From contig JBHLNZ010000002.1 of assembly GCA_048941015.1 (NCBI GenBank), positions 1 to 64,000 on the forward strand: 64,000 bases of DNA, written 5' to 3'. This stretch comes from Promethearchaeota archaeon (GTDB taxonomy: Archaea; Asgardarchaeota; Lokiarchaeia; Sigyniarchaeales; SOKP01). A program made the position numbers and the translations under genes. The notes under the pieces are model-generated. The model was not told where the DNA came from and searched no databases. It saw only the letters and a program-made list of their open reading frames with translations. Below, in pieces: positions 9,797-19,765 of the stretch (the stretch's first letter is position 1; the number at the start of each line of letters is the position of its first letter).

Positions 9797-10449
9797 ACCG
9801 AACTAACTTTTTCTAAGCTCAACAATGCCATTCGCTCACAGATTAGATCATTTAAAGCTAAATAAAGAGAGTTGAGATCATCTATATTTGGATTTTCGAT
9901 ATCAACATCAATATTATATGATTTCAATATTGAGGTTATTTGATTTACTGAGAAACCAAAGTATTTACTTATTATATTAAATTTTTCAATATTTAGGTTG
10001 TTAAGAATAAATTTAGTTTCAACAGCTTTCAATAACGTATTTACATAATTATATATTTTATTTATAGTTTGATCAGATGATATTATACACAAATTAATTA
10101 TTCCTTTCTTTAAATATTCTAAATCAATTCCGAAATCATTAATCGCATCTTTTATTTGCCTTTTTGTTGCTAGATATAATAAAAATTCAAGTTCTTTCTG
10201 ATTTGATATGTTCGTTTCATAATAGAAAGATTTTTGTGTGAAATAACATGCATGATAAATATGTTGAGTATTCAATACGTACTTGTCATTGAAAAACTGT
10301 AAGTAGCTATTTTTATATTTATTTTTAATTACATTTACTAATTCAAGTAAGTGTTGTAATTCTAAATTACTAGAATCTAATTTAATTTGACCAATTCCAA
10401 CGAAATATTTTAATTGTATATCATATATTAAAAACTCTTCAATAATCAT
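9793..10449 (-). CDS. cgi121: KEOPS subunit Cgi121-like
   Basis: LEFLLYLATKRQIKDAINDFG and terminal ICERMALL; start ATG 10449 overlaps the upstream stop. Confidence 0.75.
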   Translation of the reverse strand: MIIEEFLIYDIQLKYFVGIGQIKLDSSNLELQHLLELVNVIKNKYKNSYLQFFNDKYVLNTQHIYHACYFTQKSFYYETNISNQKELEFLLYLATKRQIKDAINDFGIDLEYLKKGIINLCIISSDQTINKIYNYVNTLLKAVETKFILNNLNIEKFNIISKYFGFSVNQITSILKSYNIDVDIENPNIDDLNSLYLALNDLICERMALLSLEKVSSV

Positions 10450-11198
10450 AATGGAAAACTCCAGCCAACCCAGCTTGGAAGCAAATTGAATTCTATCCGA
10501 ATAAAAATTATAATTGAAAATATTAAAAGTAAGTAAATTGTAAATAGCCAATCCTTAAAGTCATATTTAATAATAAAATAAAATGTGCGTTCTTTTTTAC
10601 TACCAAATGCTCTTGATTCAAGAGCTTCTGCTACGTTGAAAGCCCGTTTGATTGAATTCACTATTAATGGAACAAGTAAAGGGAATAGATTTTTTATTTG
10701 GTTTATTATCCCTTTCTTTTGCAGTTCATAACCTCGACTCTGTTGGGCATCAATTATACTTTGTGCTTCAATTGCTATCGTAGGAACAAAACGAAATGCT
10801 AATGAAAAAGAGAAAGCAAATTCATAAGGAAATTTCATTGAAATTAATGATAATGCTAAATCATTAGGATCTACCGTTAAGAAGAAGATTGAGAAAGCGG
10901 AAATCATTATTGAAATTCTTAAGATCATAGCTATAGCAAAATTTAATGATAAGAACAATGTATTCAAGAAAAGTACCAATAAGAAGAGAAACGATAAGCC
11001 GCGGATACTTTTAAACCACATTTTAAATAATCTTCCAGAAAAGATTATCGGAATTAACGTTAAAAATAACAACAATAACGGAATGATTTCAGTAAATAAT
11101 AATGCGCTTATTGTGTAGATTATTGCAAATAATAATTTAGCTCGAGGATCTAAATTATGTATGAAAGTTTGCTTTTTTAAAAACTTAAAAGCATTCAA
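10446..11198 (-). CDS. ecfT: ECF transporter T component
   Basis: LDPRAKL, LAFRFVP, AQQSRG, ALESRAF. Confidence 0.9.
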   Translation of the reverse strand: MNAFKFLKKQTFIHNLDPRAKLLFAIIYTISALLFTEIIPLLLLFLTLIPIIFSGRLFKMWFKSIRGLSFLFLLVLFLNTLFLSLNFAIAMILRISIMISAFSIFFLTVDPNDLALSLISMKFPYEFAFSFSLAFRFVPTIAIEAQSIIDAQQSRGYELQKKGIINQIKNLFPLLVPLIVNSIKRAFNVAEALESRAFGSKKERTFYFIIKYDFKDWLFTIYLLLIFSIIIFIRIEFNLLPSWVGWSFPL

Positions 11199-11243
11199 AA
11201 ATTCTAATGAAATTGACTATTCCCCTCTCTAACATTATAGATT

Positions 11244-12080
11244 TTATTTTAAATAATCATTCAGAAAATTTATGACTTCTTCTTGTTTAAATATATCTTT
11301 TGGAACATTTATACCGTTCTCTTGTAAAGCATCTTTAAATTGGTAAATTTGTGGTAAAACTAATGATGCTTTTGTAATTAAATTTTTATTAGCTAATATC
11401 TCTCTTGTAGGACCATCAGCAATTATATTTCCTTCTGACATTAAAATCGTTCTAGGAACATATTCCAATGAGAATTCAATATTATGAGTGACAATTATTA
11501 TTGTTTTTCCAGCCTCTCTTTCACTTTGAAGAAGATCGATGAGAAATTTAATTTCCTTTGCATCTTGACCTAGGGTAGGTTCATCGAATATCAATATTTG
11601 TGGATTTCGGCAAATTATAGAAGCTACAGCCAATTTCTTAGATTCTCCACCTGATAAATTAAAAGGAGATCTTTCTTTATATTTTTCTAAATTAAATTGT
11701 TTTAATATATTTTGAGTTTTAATTTGAACTTCTTCTTTACCTAAATCGAGATTTTTCAAAGAAAATTTAATTTCTTCTTCAATAGTGTTGGAAAATAACT
11801 GATGCATAGGATTTTGAAAAACAATTCCTACATACTTAGATAGATTCGCAATAGTTTTATTGTTAGTATTTTCACCATTTATATAAATTTGACCTTTTAT
11901 TGGTCGCAATAACCCATTTAACGTTCTAATAAGAGTAGTTTTCCCTGCTCCATTCTGTCCCATTATTGCTATGAAATCTCCCTTATGAACGATTAAATTA
12001 ATTTGATTAAGAGCTCTTGTTCCATTTGGATAAACATATTCGACGTCCTTTATAAGAATTTGTGGAATGACTTTAGAAAT
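11244..12080 (-). CDS. ecfA2: ECF transporter ATPase (EcfA2), probable ATT start
   Basis: Walker A GQNGAGKT, LSGGE, FDEPT. Frame stays open 39 codons upstream of the tracked ATG and encodes the normal ABC N-terminus (IKDVEYVYPNGTRALNQINL). Confidence 0.85.
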   Translation of the reverse strand: MSKVIPQILIKDVEYVYPNGTRALNQINLIVHKGDFIAIMGQNGAGKTTLIRTLNGLLRPIKGQIYINGENTNNKTIANLSKYVGIVFQNPMHQLFSNTIEEEIKFSLKNLDLGKEEVQIKTQNILKQFNLEKYKERSPFNLSGGESKKLAVASIICRNPQILIFDEPTLGQDAKEIKFLIDLLQSEREAGKTIIIVTHNIEFSLEYVPRTILMSEGNIIADGPTREILANKNLITKASLVLPQIYQFKDALQENGINVPKDIFKQEEVINFLNDYLK

Positions 12081-12082
12081 AT

Positions 12083-12937
12083 TTATCTCCTCTGTGTAAG
12101 ATTAACATTTTTTAAAGCTATTATTACTTCTTCAATCGAAATAGGAATTTTATTTTCAAATAACTTTGGATTATTTAACTGAGTGAAAATTGAGTAAATG
12201 ATAGGTTTATTTATATTTAATTTTTGAAAATTTTCGCTTTGTATTACATTTTCTTTACTATCATGAGTGATTATTCTTCCCTTATCAATAATTATAATTT
12301 CATCAACTACAGGAAGAACCAAATCCATTCGATGTTCACTTATGATAACAGTCACATTCTTTTCTTTTTGAATCTTTTTTAATAATAACATTATTTTGTA
12401 AGCAAAAAAAGGATCTAAGCTAGCAGTAGGTTCGTCTAATATTATAATTTTTGGATTTAACACCAATATTGAAGCAATAGCAACTCTTTGTTGTTCTCCA
12501 CCACTTAATTCAAAAGGAGCTTTATCTATCAAATGTTCGATCTCTGTGAGTCTAACTACTTCTTTTATACTTTTTTCTATAATATCTCTTGGTATACCTA
12601 GATTTTCCATGCCAAAAGCAATTTCGTGCTCCACATTCATAGCAATTAATTGGTTTTCTGGATTTTGAAAAACTATTCCCACAAGGGTGGATAAATCTGC
12701 AATTGGAGTTGAAACAGTATTCCTTCCAGAAATTTCAACAGAACCCTTATAATATCCAGCATAAAATTGGGGTATTAACCCATTCATACATCTTATAAGG
12801 GAAGTTTTTCCAGAACCAGTCTCACCAGCTAATAAAATGAATTTATTGGGATTTACTTTTAAATCTATATCATTTAAGGCATAATCCTCGTTTCCTTTAT
12901 ATCGAAAGGAAAACTTATTAAATTTTATTAAACTCAT
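12083..12937 (-). CDS. ecfA1: ECF transporter ATPase (EcfA1)
   Basis: GETGSGKT, FQNPENQ, LSGGEQQR, LDEPT. Confidence 0.9.
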   Translation of the reverse strand: MSLIKFNKFSFRYKGNEDYALNDIDLKVNPNKFILLAGETGSGKTSLIRCMNGLIPQFYAGYYKGSVEISGRNTVSTPIADLSTLVGIVFQNPENQLIAMNVEHEIAFGMENLGIPRDIIEKSIKEVVRLTEIEHLIDKAPFELSGGEQQRVAIASILVLNPKIIILDEPTASLDPFFAYKIMLLLKKIQKEKNVTVIISEHRMDLVLPVVDEIIIIDKGRIITHDSKENVIQSENFQKLNINKPIIYSIFTQLNNPKLFENKIPISIEEVIIALKNVNLTQRR

Positions 12938-12971
12938 ATTGAAGAAGAAAGAAATCTTATTTTTTATTAGA

Positions 12972-13979
12972 TTACGACATTATTAAAATTTGTTTAATAT
13001 TTTCTAATATCTCATTTATTGCTACTTTTAAATCATAAATCCCACTTACACTAGCAGCTCCATCATGACCTCCTCCACTTCCTTCGCTTACATTATTCAA
13101 AATCTTACCAAGGTGTAATCCAGTTTCTAAACAAATATCACTTCTAGCACGGGTAGTAATTTTAAATTCTGATTTTTCCTTTGAACTAACGATTACTATA
13201 TCAAAACCAAGATTTATTAACATAGAAGCAACAGAAGCACCAAAACTGCTTACCTTTGTAATTCCTATTAGATATTTATCTATCTTTATCAATTGTGCTC
13301 TTTGCATTCCTTTAATCTTAGCAATTTTTTCTGATATATCTACATTATATGTTAGTAAAGTTAGAATGTCTTGAATTTCTATTTCTTTAGTCAATAATTC
13401 TGAACTTCGTTTTAATGTATCATTATTCGAATATTTAAAAAAGCCAGAATCAGTTAAAATTGCAGCTAAAATAAGAGATCTATATAATGGGGGAAAATTT
13501 ACCTGGGAATATTTTGAAAGTTCATAAATTATTTCTGCTGTAGACGTAAAGTTGTCATATATTAAATTTTTTGAGATTATATTATTATTGTATCTTTTAT
13601 TTAGATTTAAATGATGATCTACAAATATAAATGGAATTTGAGAATGATCAATGTCAAATTGAGACTCAAATTCAACTAGATCTAAATTATTTGTATCTAA
13701 TATAATCATAACCTCAAAATTGGATAAATCTACTTTTGTATTATATGTAAAATCAAAATCTGGATGCTTATTAGAAAATTTTTCTCTGAATTCTTTTACT
13801 TGTTTAGTTATCTCAGAAAATTTAATTTCTATATTTGGATTAGATAAAATTAAATTAAGAAGATATTTTAAGAGATAGGAAGAAACAAACCCATCAACAT
13901 CAACTAAATTATGAGTAGTAATTAAAATACTTTTATTTTTTAGGAAAGAAAGAAAGTCATCAAATTTTTGATAAATCAT
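12972..13979 (-). CDS. DHH/DHHA1 family phosphoesterase
   Basis: TH..DVD, DHH, TDSG.F, GGGHDGAA. Confidence 0.85.
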   Translation of the reverse strand: MIYQKFDDFLSFLKNKSILITTHNLVDVDGFVSSYLLKYLLNLILSNPNIEIKFSEITKQVKEFREKFSNKHPDFDFTYNTKVDLSNFEVMIILDTNNLDLVEFESQFDIDHSQIPFIFVDHHLNLNKRYNNNIISKNLIYDNFTSTAEIIYELSKYSQVNFPPLYRSLILAAILTDSGFFKYSNNDTLKRSSELLTKEIEIQDILTLLTYNVDISEKIAKIKGMQRAQLIKIDKYLIGITKVSSFGASVASMLINLGFDIVIVSSKEKSEFKITTRARSDICLETGLHLGKILNNVSEGSGGGHDGAASVSGIYDLKVAINEILENIKQILIMS

Positions 13980-13994
13980 ATAAATTCTTTTTAT

Positions 13995-14351
13995 TTATGT
14001 GTTTTTGAGATCTGCTTGAAGTGATTTCTGTAATGTCTCGAAACTATTTTTAGTCCTTTCGGTTTTTTGATCGATTGTTTTTAATCTCATTTCTAATGTA
14101 ACTTTTAGATTCTTTTTCTCATCAAGTAGTTTATCTCGTGAACTTTTTACCATCACTCCTCCAATATTTTTATACACAATAGTATCAGCTGAAGCTTCGG
14201 TTAAATTTTCGATTGCTAGTTCTGTTTCCTTTAATGAAGTTTCGAGTTGAATCTTCTGTTGAGTTAGAAATTCAAGACTTTGACTTAATGCTGATAAATT
14301 TTGAATTTTCTTTTTAGTCTCTTCATCTAATTGGTCAAAATTTATTGTCAT
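13995..14351 (-). CDS. pfdB: prefoldin beta subunit
   Basis: Coiled coil - VYKNIGGVMVK hairpin - coiled coil; exosome operon context. Confidence 0.9.
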   Translation of the reverse strand: MTINFDQLDEETKKKIQNLSALSQSLEFLTQQKIQLETSLKETELAIENLTEASADTIVYKNIGGVMVKSSRDKLLDEKKNLKVTLEMRLKTIDQKTERTKNSFETLQKSLQADLKNT

Positions 14352-14433
14352 TTAATTTAACACATTTTATATTTTGAATTTAAAAAATATTAAAACTAAT
14401 ATGAAATTTACGGATTATTCGAAAAATTTTTTA

Positions 14434-14700
14434 TTATTCGTCAGTAATTCGAACGCTATTATCTATTATTTTTCCAAAGTTAATAATTTCATTAACTGAG
14501 GCTCTAAAAGCAGTAATATCATTACTTTCAATTTGAAATGTTAAAGATTTTTCTTTTTTTTCAATAACAATTTTAGATCTTAAAGATCTTCTATTACTAA
14601 ATTCAGGTAAAAAGGAGTTGTATGAAATCTCACACAATTCAGAATTTTTAAAGTTGAGTTCTATTACAGATTTAATATTATAGAAATTCTGATTATTCAT
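14434..14700 (-). CDS. pcc1: KEOPS subunit Pcc1
   Basis: SFLPE...RS...IESNDITAFRASVN; typical position after rpl37ae. Confidence 0.8.
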   Translation of the reverse strand: MNNQNFYNIKSVIELNFKNSELCEISYNSFLPEFSNRRSLRSKIVIEKKEKSLTFQIESNDITAFRASVNEIINFGKIIDNSVRITDE

Positions 14701-14999
14701 TATTCTTCTATTGCTTCCAATTCTCTTTGCTTTCGTTTTGATACTCTAAAAGATTCTGCTCCTCGAGGTGTTTCTATGTAATAAGCTCCTCCTGTAAATC
14801 GAGCATCGCATTTTCTACAATGCCATATACCTGTGGACACTCTTTCTATAAATCCTTTTGATTCACATTTAGGACATTTAATCTTACCACTTTTTTGCCG
14901 CTCCATGATTAATCTCCATTTTTTCCTCACATTAGCACCATATCTTGCTTGAAATCTGCCGGAAATGCCACTTTTTTTAAGTTTACTCACTTTAAACAC
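14700..14999 (-). CDS. rpl37ae: 50S ribosomal protein L37ae (eL43)
   Basis: GRFQARYGA, CPKC, TGIWHCRKC, GGAY; start may be GTG 14990. Confidence 0.93.
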   Translation of the reverse strand: MFKVSKLKKSGISGRFQARYGANVRKKWRLIMERQKSGKIKCPKCESKGFIERVSTGIWHCRKCDARFTGGAYYIETPRGAESFRVSKRKQRELEAIEE

Positions 15000-15133
15000 A
15001 ATTTATTTTAGTTTTTAATAATAAAATAAAAAATTTTATGAACTATAAACTTTACCTTAAGGCTACCTTGTAAAGTCATAAAATAGAACATTAAATATAA
15101 AAAAAATAATCAAATAAAATTTTATTTTAAAAT

Positions 15134-15961
15134 TTATTTATAATCGACTTTATATTGCCATAAATCTAAATCTTTTCGTATCTTTTTTCCAATTTCCATA
15201 GATTTTTGGCAAAGCATTTTAATTTCATCAACAGAAAACGTTGCTGGTCCACTTTTTTGAATTGATGTAATTTTATTTTCAGTGACGGAAATAGATATTT
15301 TACCTTCACAAATTAGCTCCTCTGGCAAATTAGGATCTAAGAAGATCGTATCTTCGATTTTTCCATAAGTTAATACTAAAGGGAGTTCTTTTACTATTGT
15401 TTCTCCAGTTAAATATTTTCCAGTCCATTCTAGATTACCATCAACCAATTTTCCTTCAGGTACATGGCTAGAAATCAAAGAAACTAGTGCACTAATCCCT
15501 CCTGCGTCAATTAAATTACCTGCATAATTAATTACATATATATCAACGAATAATATATAAACAGCCTCATTTTCTTTTATGCATAATTTCTTTGTTTGAA
15601 CGCAATCAGCATGTCTAATTCCACGATCTACAACACGAGCTAACTCAATAGACTGCTCATCTGGTGGTCCTCTTTCAAACAATGGAGATGCTAAAGGTAA
15701 TAATTCAGCCATGATTGTACAAACACCTTCATCCGGAATATCAGGAAAAGGTTCACCAACTTCATATTTTAACCCTGTGATAACTCGAGTATCTCCTAAT
15801 TGAACATCAGCAGACCCTTCAGCAGAAGCTATAAGGTCATGATCAATCTTCCATTTACGATATTCCCACAATCCTCGACCATCAATTCGTTCTTCTTTTT
15901 TTAAATTATGAATAATATAATTTTTTTCTACTCTTGAAATAATTCGTTTTATATTCATCAT
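15134..15961 (-). CDS. rrp42: exosome subunit Rrp42
   Basis: RIDGRGL.EYR, AEGSA.V.LGDT, IELARVVDRGIR. Confidence 0.93.
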   Translation of the reverse strand: MMNIKRIISRVEKNYIIHNLKKEERIDGRGLWEYRKWKIDHDLIASAEGSADVQLGDTRVITGLKYEVGEPFPDIPDEGVCTIMAELLPLASPLFERGPPDEQSIELARVVDRGIRHADCVQTKKLCIKENEAVYILFVDIYVINYAGNLIDAGGISALVSLISSHVPEGKLVDGNLEWTGKYLTGETIVKELPLVLTYGKIEDTIFLDPNLPEELICEGKISISVTENKITSIQKSGPATFSVDEIKMLCQKSMEIGKKIRKDLDLWQYKVDYK

Positions 15962-15963
15962 GG

Positions 15964-16725
15964 TTATTTCTCTCCTCCTATTGTTTCTTGTTGAATTGCT
16001 ATATACTTACTTTTCAGTGTTTCAAGTTGCATTTGATAAATTTTTGCCATTGCATCTTTTGCTAATACTAGACATTGATTTATCTCATTCAAAGTCATAT
16101 CCCCATCAAATTGTAGTAGTGAAATTTCTTCATTAAACCATGTTATGGCGCATGGTAAATCTGCTCCTCCCGCTTTGTCTTCTATTCCTGACAAGTCTGT
16201 TACTAATTCTCCATCAATTCTTCCTATTGCGACAGAAGTGACAAGACTTCTCATAGGGATGCCTGCATCTGCTAATGCTAATGCGGCTACGGTGGTACTT
16301 GCACATCTTGTTCCTCCATCAGCATCCATGACATCAATAAAAACTTCAAAGGCGGTACCAGGATATAATTCAAGAAAAAGAACAGGTTCCAAACAATCAG
16401 TTATTATCATTGAAATTTCTTTCTCTCTTCTACCCGGAGCAGGTCGTTTGCGGTCAAATACTGAAAATGTTGCCATACGATAAAAAACTCTCAATACACC
16501 TCTATCAGGTTTCGCTAAATGATGTGGGTGAACTTCTCTTGGTCCATAAACAGCAGCATAAATCTTATTATTACCCCATTCTAAGTATGCAGAACCATCG
16601 GCGTTGTTAATTACTCCAACTTTCATTTTAATAGGTCTTAACTCATGTTTATCTCGACCATCAAGTCTTTTACCATCTTCTCTAAATAATTTGGTTGGAT
16701 ATTCATCTTTAATAATTAACGGCAT
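15964..16725 (-). CDS. rrp41: exosome exonuclease Rrp41
   Basis: RLDGRDK.ELRP, VYGPREVHP, ADGGTRCA. Confidence 0.95.
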   Translation of the reverse strand: MPLIIKDEYPTKLFREDGKRLDGRDKHELRPIKMKVGVINNADGSAYLEWGNNKIYAAVYGPREVHPHHLAKPDRGVLRVFYRMATFSVFDRKRPAPGRREKEISMIITDCLEPVLFLELYPGTAFEVFIDVMDADGGTRCASTTVAALALADAGIPMRSLVTSVAIGRIDGELVTDLSGIEDKAGGADLPCAITWFNEEISLLQFDGDMTLNEINQCLVLAKDAMAKIYQMQLETLKSKYIAIQQETIGGEK

Positions 16726-17507
16726 TATGCTATACCTCTTTCTTTTTTTTCATTTTCTATATAAAGGGACATTCGGTCTGTTAAGCCAACCGTATGAGCT
16801 TCCCTTTCGATTTTTCTTATTGCATCAATAAGCAGCCTTTCATGAGCGATATCATCGCCTTTTAGCCAAATTCGCCCATTTTGTGTTACAAAAATATTAC
16901 AATTGGTTAGGTTCTTAAGAATCTTAATCATTGAACCATTTCGACCAATAACTCGTGGAATTTTTGGTGGATCAATAGAAATTACAATTCCATTCGATCT
17001 CTTACCTAAGTATTTACCAACAGTTGTTAATTCTGGTCTATTTAATCTATCTGCAGATATAACTTTTACAATTAAGATATCACCAATTTCATATTTCTCT
17101 GTTGACGTATCTTCTTGTTGATGAGAAGATCCTCTCCCAACTCTTAATTTACTTCTTTTAGTAGTATTTCTTGGTTTTAATATCCCAATATCTTTCGCAT
17201 TAATATCACAAATATATTTAACAGGACTTTTATCAACCACTAGCGCTATAATTTTATCTCCAGGACGAGGTGTATAAAAACCTCTAAGCGGAATTACATT
17301 TATATAATTTTTCTTTATTTGTTTTAATCCTATATTTAAGGAGATAATTTTAGACTTCTCTTTATTTAAAATTGTCCCTCTTCCTGGCAAAAAATTTTCT
17401 GTATCTTCGCTTAATACTTCTCCAGGAACAACTAAATCTCTAGTAGTTTCTTCATCTTCAAATTCGTCACTATCTTCAGGTTCTTCATCTAACTCATCAT
17501 TTTCCAT
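16725..17507 (-). CDS. rrp4: exosome RNA-binding subunit Rrp4
   Basis: LVVPGE, S1 domain, KH motif IPRVIGRNGSMI, NGRIW, EAHTVGLTDR. Confidence 0.93.
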   Translation of the reverse strand: MENDELDEEPEDSDEFEDEETTRDLVVPGEVLSEDTENFLPGRGTILNKEKSKIISLNIGLKQIKKNYINVIPLRGFYTPRPGDKIIALVVDKSPVKYICDINAKDIGILKPRNTTKRSKLRVGRGSSHQQEDTSTEKYEIGDILIVKVISADRLNRPELTTVGKYLGKRSNGIVISIDPPKIPRVIGRNGSMIKILKNLTNCNIFVTQNGRIWLKGDDIAHERLLIDAIRKIEREAHTVGLTDRMSLYIENEKKERGIA

Positions 17508-17600
17508 ATGTAGTTATTCACTCTCCTTGCATTTATTTATATTTATTCCTAACCTTTCTCCAAAAAATAACGCAAATCGAATTAATTAAAAATAATAAGG

Positions 17601-18392
17601 CTAGGATTTCAAGAGTTTGGTTTGAACTCTACCATGTGTTAGTTTGTTTAATTTATCTATTAGTTCCATTTGTAATCCTGCTGGAAGAACCACGACTGAA
17701 ACCCACGAACCATCTGATTGCCATTCTTCTTTTTTGATTTGCGCTAACTGAGCAACGATATTATAACCCTTAGCTGTAAATGCTGAAGGTATTTTTATTG
17801 CTAATTCAACTTGTTCCATTCGAATAGGGATGATTGCTCTCAAACTTTTGACAATATCATCTACTTGTTCTTCGGCACTTCTAATTAAATCGATTTTGAC
17901 TTTTGCTTCTTCAATTGCTTTTTCAATTCTCTGATAAGGATGGGGTTTTTTATTTTGAGGGTTAATTGCATTTTTTGAAATAATTGTAATAATTTGCTTT
18001 AGTTTCTTTTGTCGTTCTTCTTCTCTCTGACTTTTAGTCCAGTGAACTTCTCCGTCAAGTAAAATATAAGCAGCTATCGTTCTGCCATCAGTAGTATTGA
18101 ATACAGCTTCCATATCACCATCAGTTGCTTTTTTTCCTCGTCTCAAATCTTCAAAAATAGTAAAGCTTTCAAAAATGAGATCAATAGAGATATTTGGATT
18201 ATCTAATATTTCTTTAACTGTTAAACGAGACTTCTTACTTCCTTCTTTTAACCTTTTATCAATTTCTTCTCGAATTATTTTTTTTGCTTCCCAAGCTTTA
18301 TCGGGATCTAATAACATTTCAAATGTTCTTCCCTCTTTCTCAATACGTCCAATAATATATCCGCCTAAATCAATTCTAGCTCTGTCAATCAT
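17601..18392 (-). CDS. ribosome maturation factor SBDS/Sdo1
   Basis: INPQNKKPHP.QRIEKAIEEAK, KEEWQSDGSW; operon context. Confidence 0.92.
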   Translation of the reverse strand: MIDRARIDLGGYIIGRIEKEGRTFEMLLDPDKAWEAKKIIREEIDKRLKEGSKKSRLTVKEILDNPNISIDLIFESFTIFEDLRRGKKATDGDMEAVFNTTDGRTIAAYILLDGEVHWTKSQREEERQKKLKQIITIISKNAINPQNKKPHPYQRIEKAIEEAKVKIDLIRSAEEQVDDIVKSLRAIIPIRMEQVELAIKIPSAFTAKGYNIVAQLAQIKKEEWQSDGSWVSVVVLPAGLQMELIDKLNKLTHGRVQTKLLKS

Positions 18393-18512
18393 AAAATGAA
18401 TTCACAACATTTGATATTGAAATTACCGTTTTTTGCCTATTCCTTTTACTGATCTTCGCATTATATGATAATTATTAATGGGGCTGAGCTTGAAGCTTCA
18501 AATTTTGAATTT

Positions 18513-19229
18513 TTATAATTTGGCTAATAATTCTTCCTTCTCATCTAAACCTAATAATTTGAATTTAGCATCTTCTTTTAATATGAAGGCTACATCACAC
18601 GTATTTTTACTTAAATTATCGCCCATTAATTCTTTTAAAGTTCTTAATGGTAATAACTTTAATTCTTCATCACTAATATCTTCTTTATAATTTTCTTCAA
18701 GAAAAGCCCTAGCTTCTGCTGCACCTGACCCTATAGCAAAGGCTTTATATCCCCATAAAGCTCCACTTGGATCTGTTAAAAATAAAGACGCTTTACCATC
18801 TGAATCAATTCCAGCTATAAGAAGACTCACTCCAAAAGGTCTAACACCCGCATTTTGAGTAAATAACTGAAGATATTCACAAATATTTAATGTACTGTCT
18901 TTTACAGATATTTTCTCATCATAGTTAAGTAAATTAACTTGCGCTTGAACTCTAGCCCTTTCTACTAACACACGAGCGTCAGCAGTAAGTCCGGCAATAG
19001 CCACACCAACATGATCGTCAATTTTAAAAATTTTCTCTGAACCAATAACTTCTTGAAGTTCAGAGCTCTTTTTTTCGACGGCAAACACAACAGAATTATT
19101 ATTCCTACATACAATAGCCGTCGTACCTCTACGAACCGCTTCAATTGCATATTCTACTTGAAAAAGACGCCCTTCTGGTGAAAATTGGGTTATTGCCATG
19201 TCATAACCTCTTCCTGCTTGCTGGAACAT
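18513..19229 (-). CDS. psmA: proteasome alpha subunit
   Basis: YDMAITQFSPEGRLFQVEYA, RPFGVSLL. Confidence 0.96.
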   Translation of the reverse strand: MFQQAGRGYDMAITQFSPEGRLFQVEYAIEAVRRGTTAIVCRNNNSVVFAVEKKSSELQEVIGSEKIFKIDDHVGVAIAGLTADARVLVERARVQAQVNLLNYDEKISVKDSTLNICEYLQLFTQNAGVRPFGVSLLIAGIDSDGKASLFLTDPSGALWGYKAFAIGSGAAEARAFLEENYKEDISDEELKLLPLRTLKELMGDNLSKNTCDVAFILKEDAKFKLLGLDEKEELLAKL

Positions 19230-19393
19230 GATAATTCTCCTTGCGAAATTTTAATTAATATTTATTTGCATTATTTTTTTTTCTGATTAAAAAGTAGTAA
19301 TAAATAATGAAATATATATTTTTTTTTAATATTTCAAAAAGTTCTGAAGATAATATTAGATTATGAAAAGCCTTACATGTTAATATTTTTGCT

Positions 19394-19765
19394 TTAACTC
19401 CATGCTACTTTATTTATAAAAATAGACCACTCTAAGATAATCATACCTTCGTCTCTGGTATGAGCAATGAGGTAATCTCCCTCTTTAGTAACAGAACCTA
19501 CAATATTTCCTTTTCCGCCCACGATATTTTTAGCGGCTAATTGAATTTCATCATTTTTTAAAATCGCGAATCTGCTATCTTGAAATTTAAGAGCAGATTC
19601 TTTTTTTTTCCATGCATTAAGAATTCCTTTAGCTTCTTCTGAGGTTATTTTGAAATCTTCAGATTTAAATATAATATTCCCTTCACTATTTAACAAAAAT
19701 ACCTCTTCTACCCCTTCAAATTCCCTAAGTTGCTCAACAAGATGAAAAAATCTCTTCTCTTCCAC
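19394..19765 (-). CDS. profilin-like protein (Asgard type)
   Basis: About 123 aa; pattern LLNSEG.IIFKS..F...SALKFQDSRFAILK....LAAKN..GKG.IV resembles Asgard profilins as I recall them; start GTG 19765 after SD-like GAAGTGA. Confidence 0.6.
   Translation of the reverse strand: MEEKRFFHLVEQLREFEGVEEVFLLNSEGNIIFKSEDFKITSEEAKGILNAWKKKESALKFQDSRFAILKNDEIQLAAKNIVGGKGNIVGSVTKEGDYLIAHTRDEGMIILEWSIFINKVAWS

Noticed and set aside
18195-18278. SBDS insertion as a second, in-frame mRNA intron
   Set aside because: No stem or BHB could be formed, and it reads as ordinary helical protein sequence.
18400-18512. Possible C/D box sRNA (ATGATA...CTGA) between psmA and SBDS
   Set aside because: Box C is imperfect and there are no clear C'/D' boxes or terminal stem.
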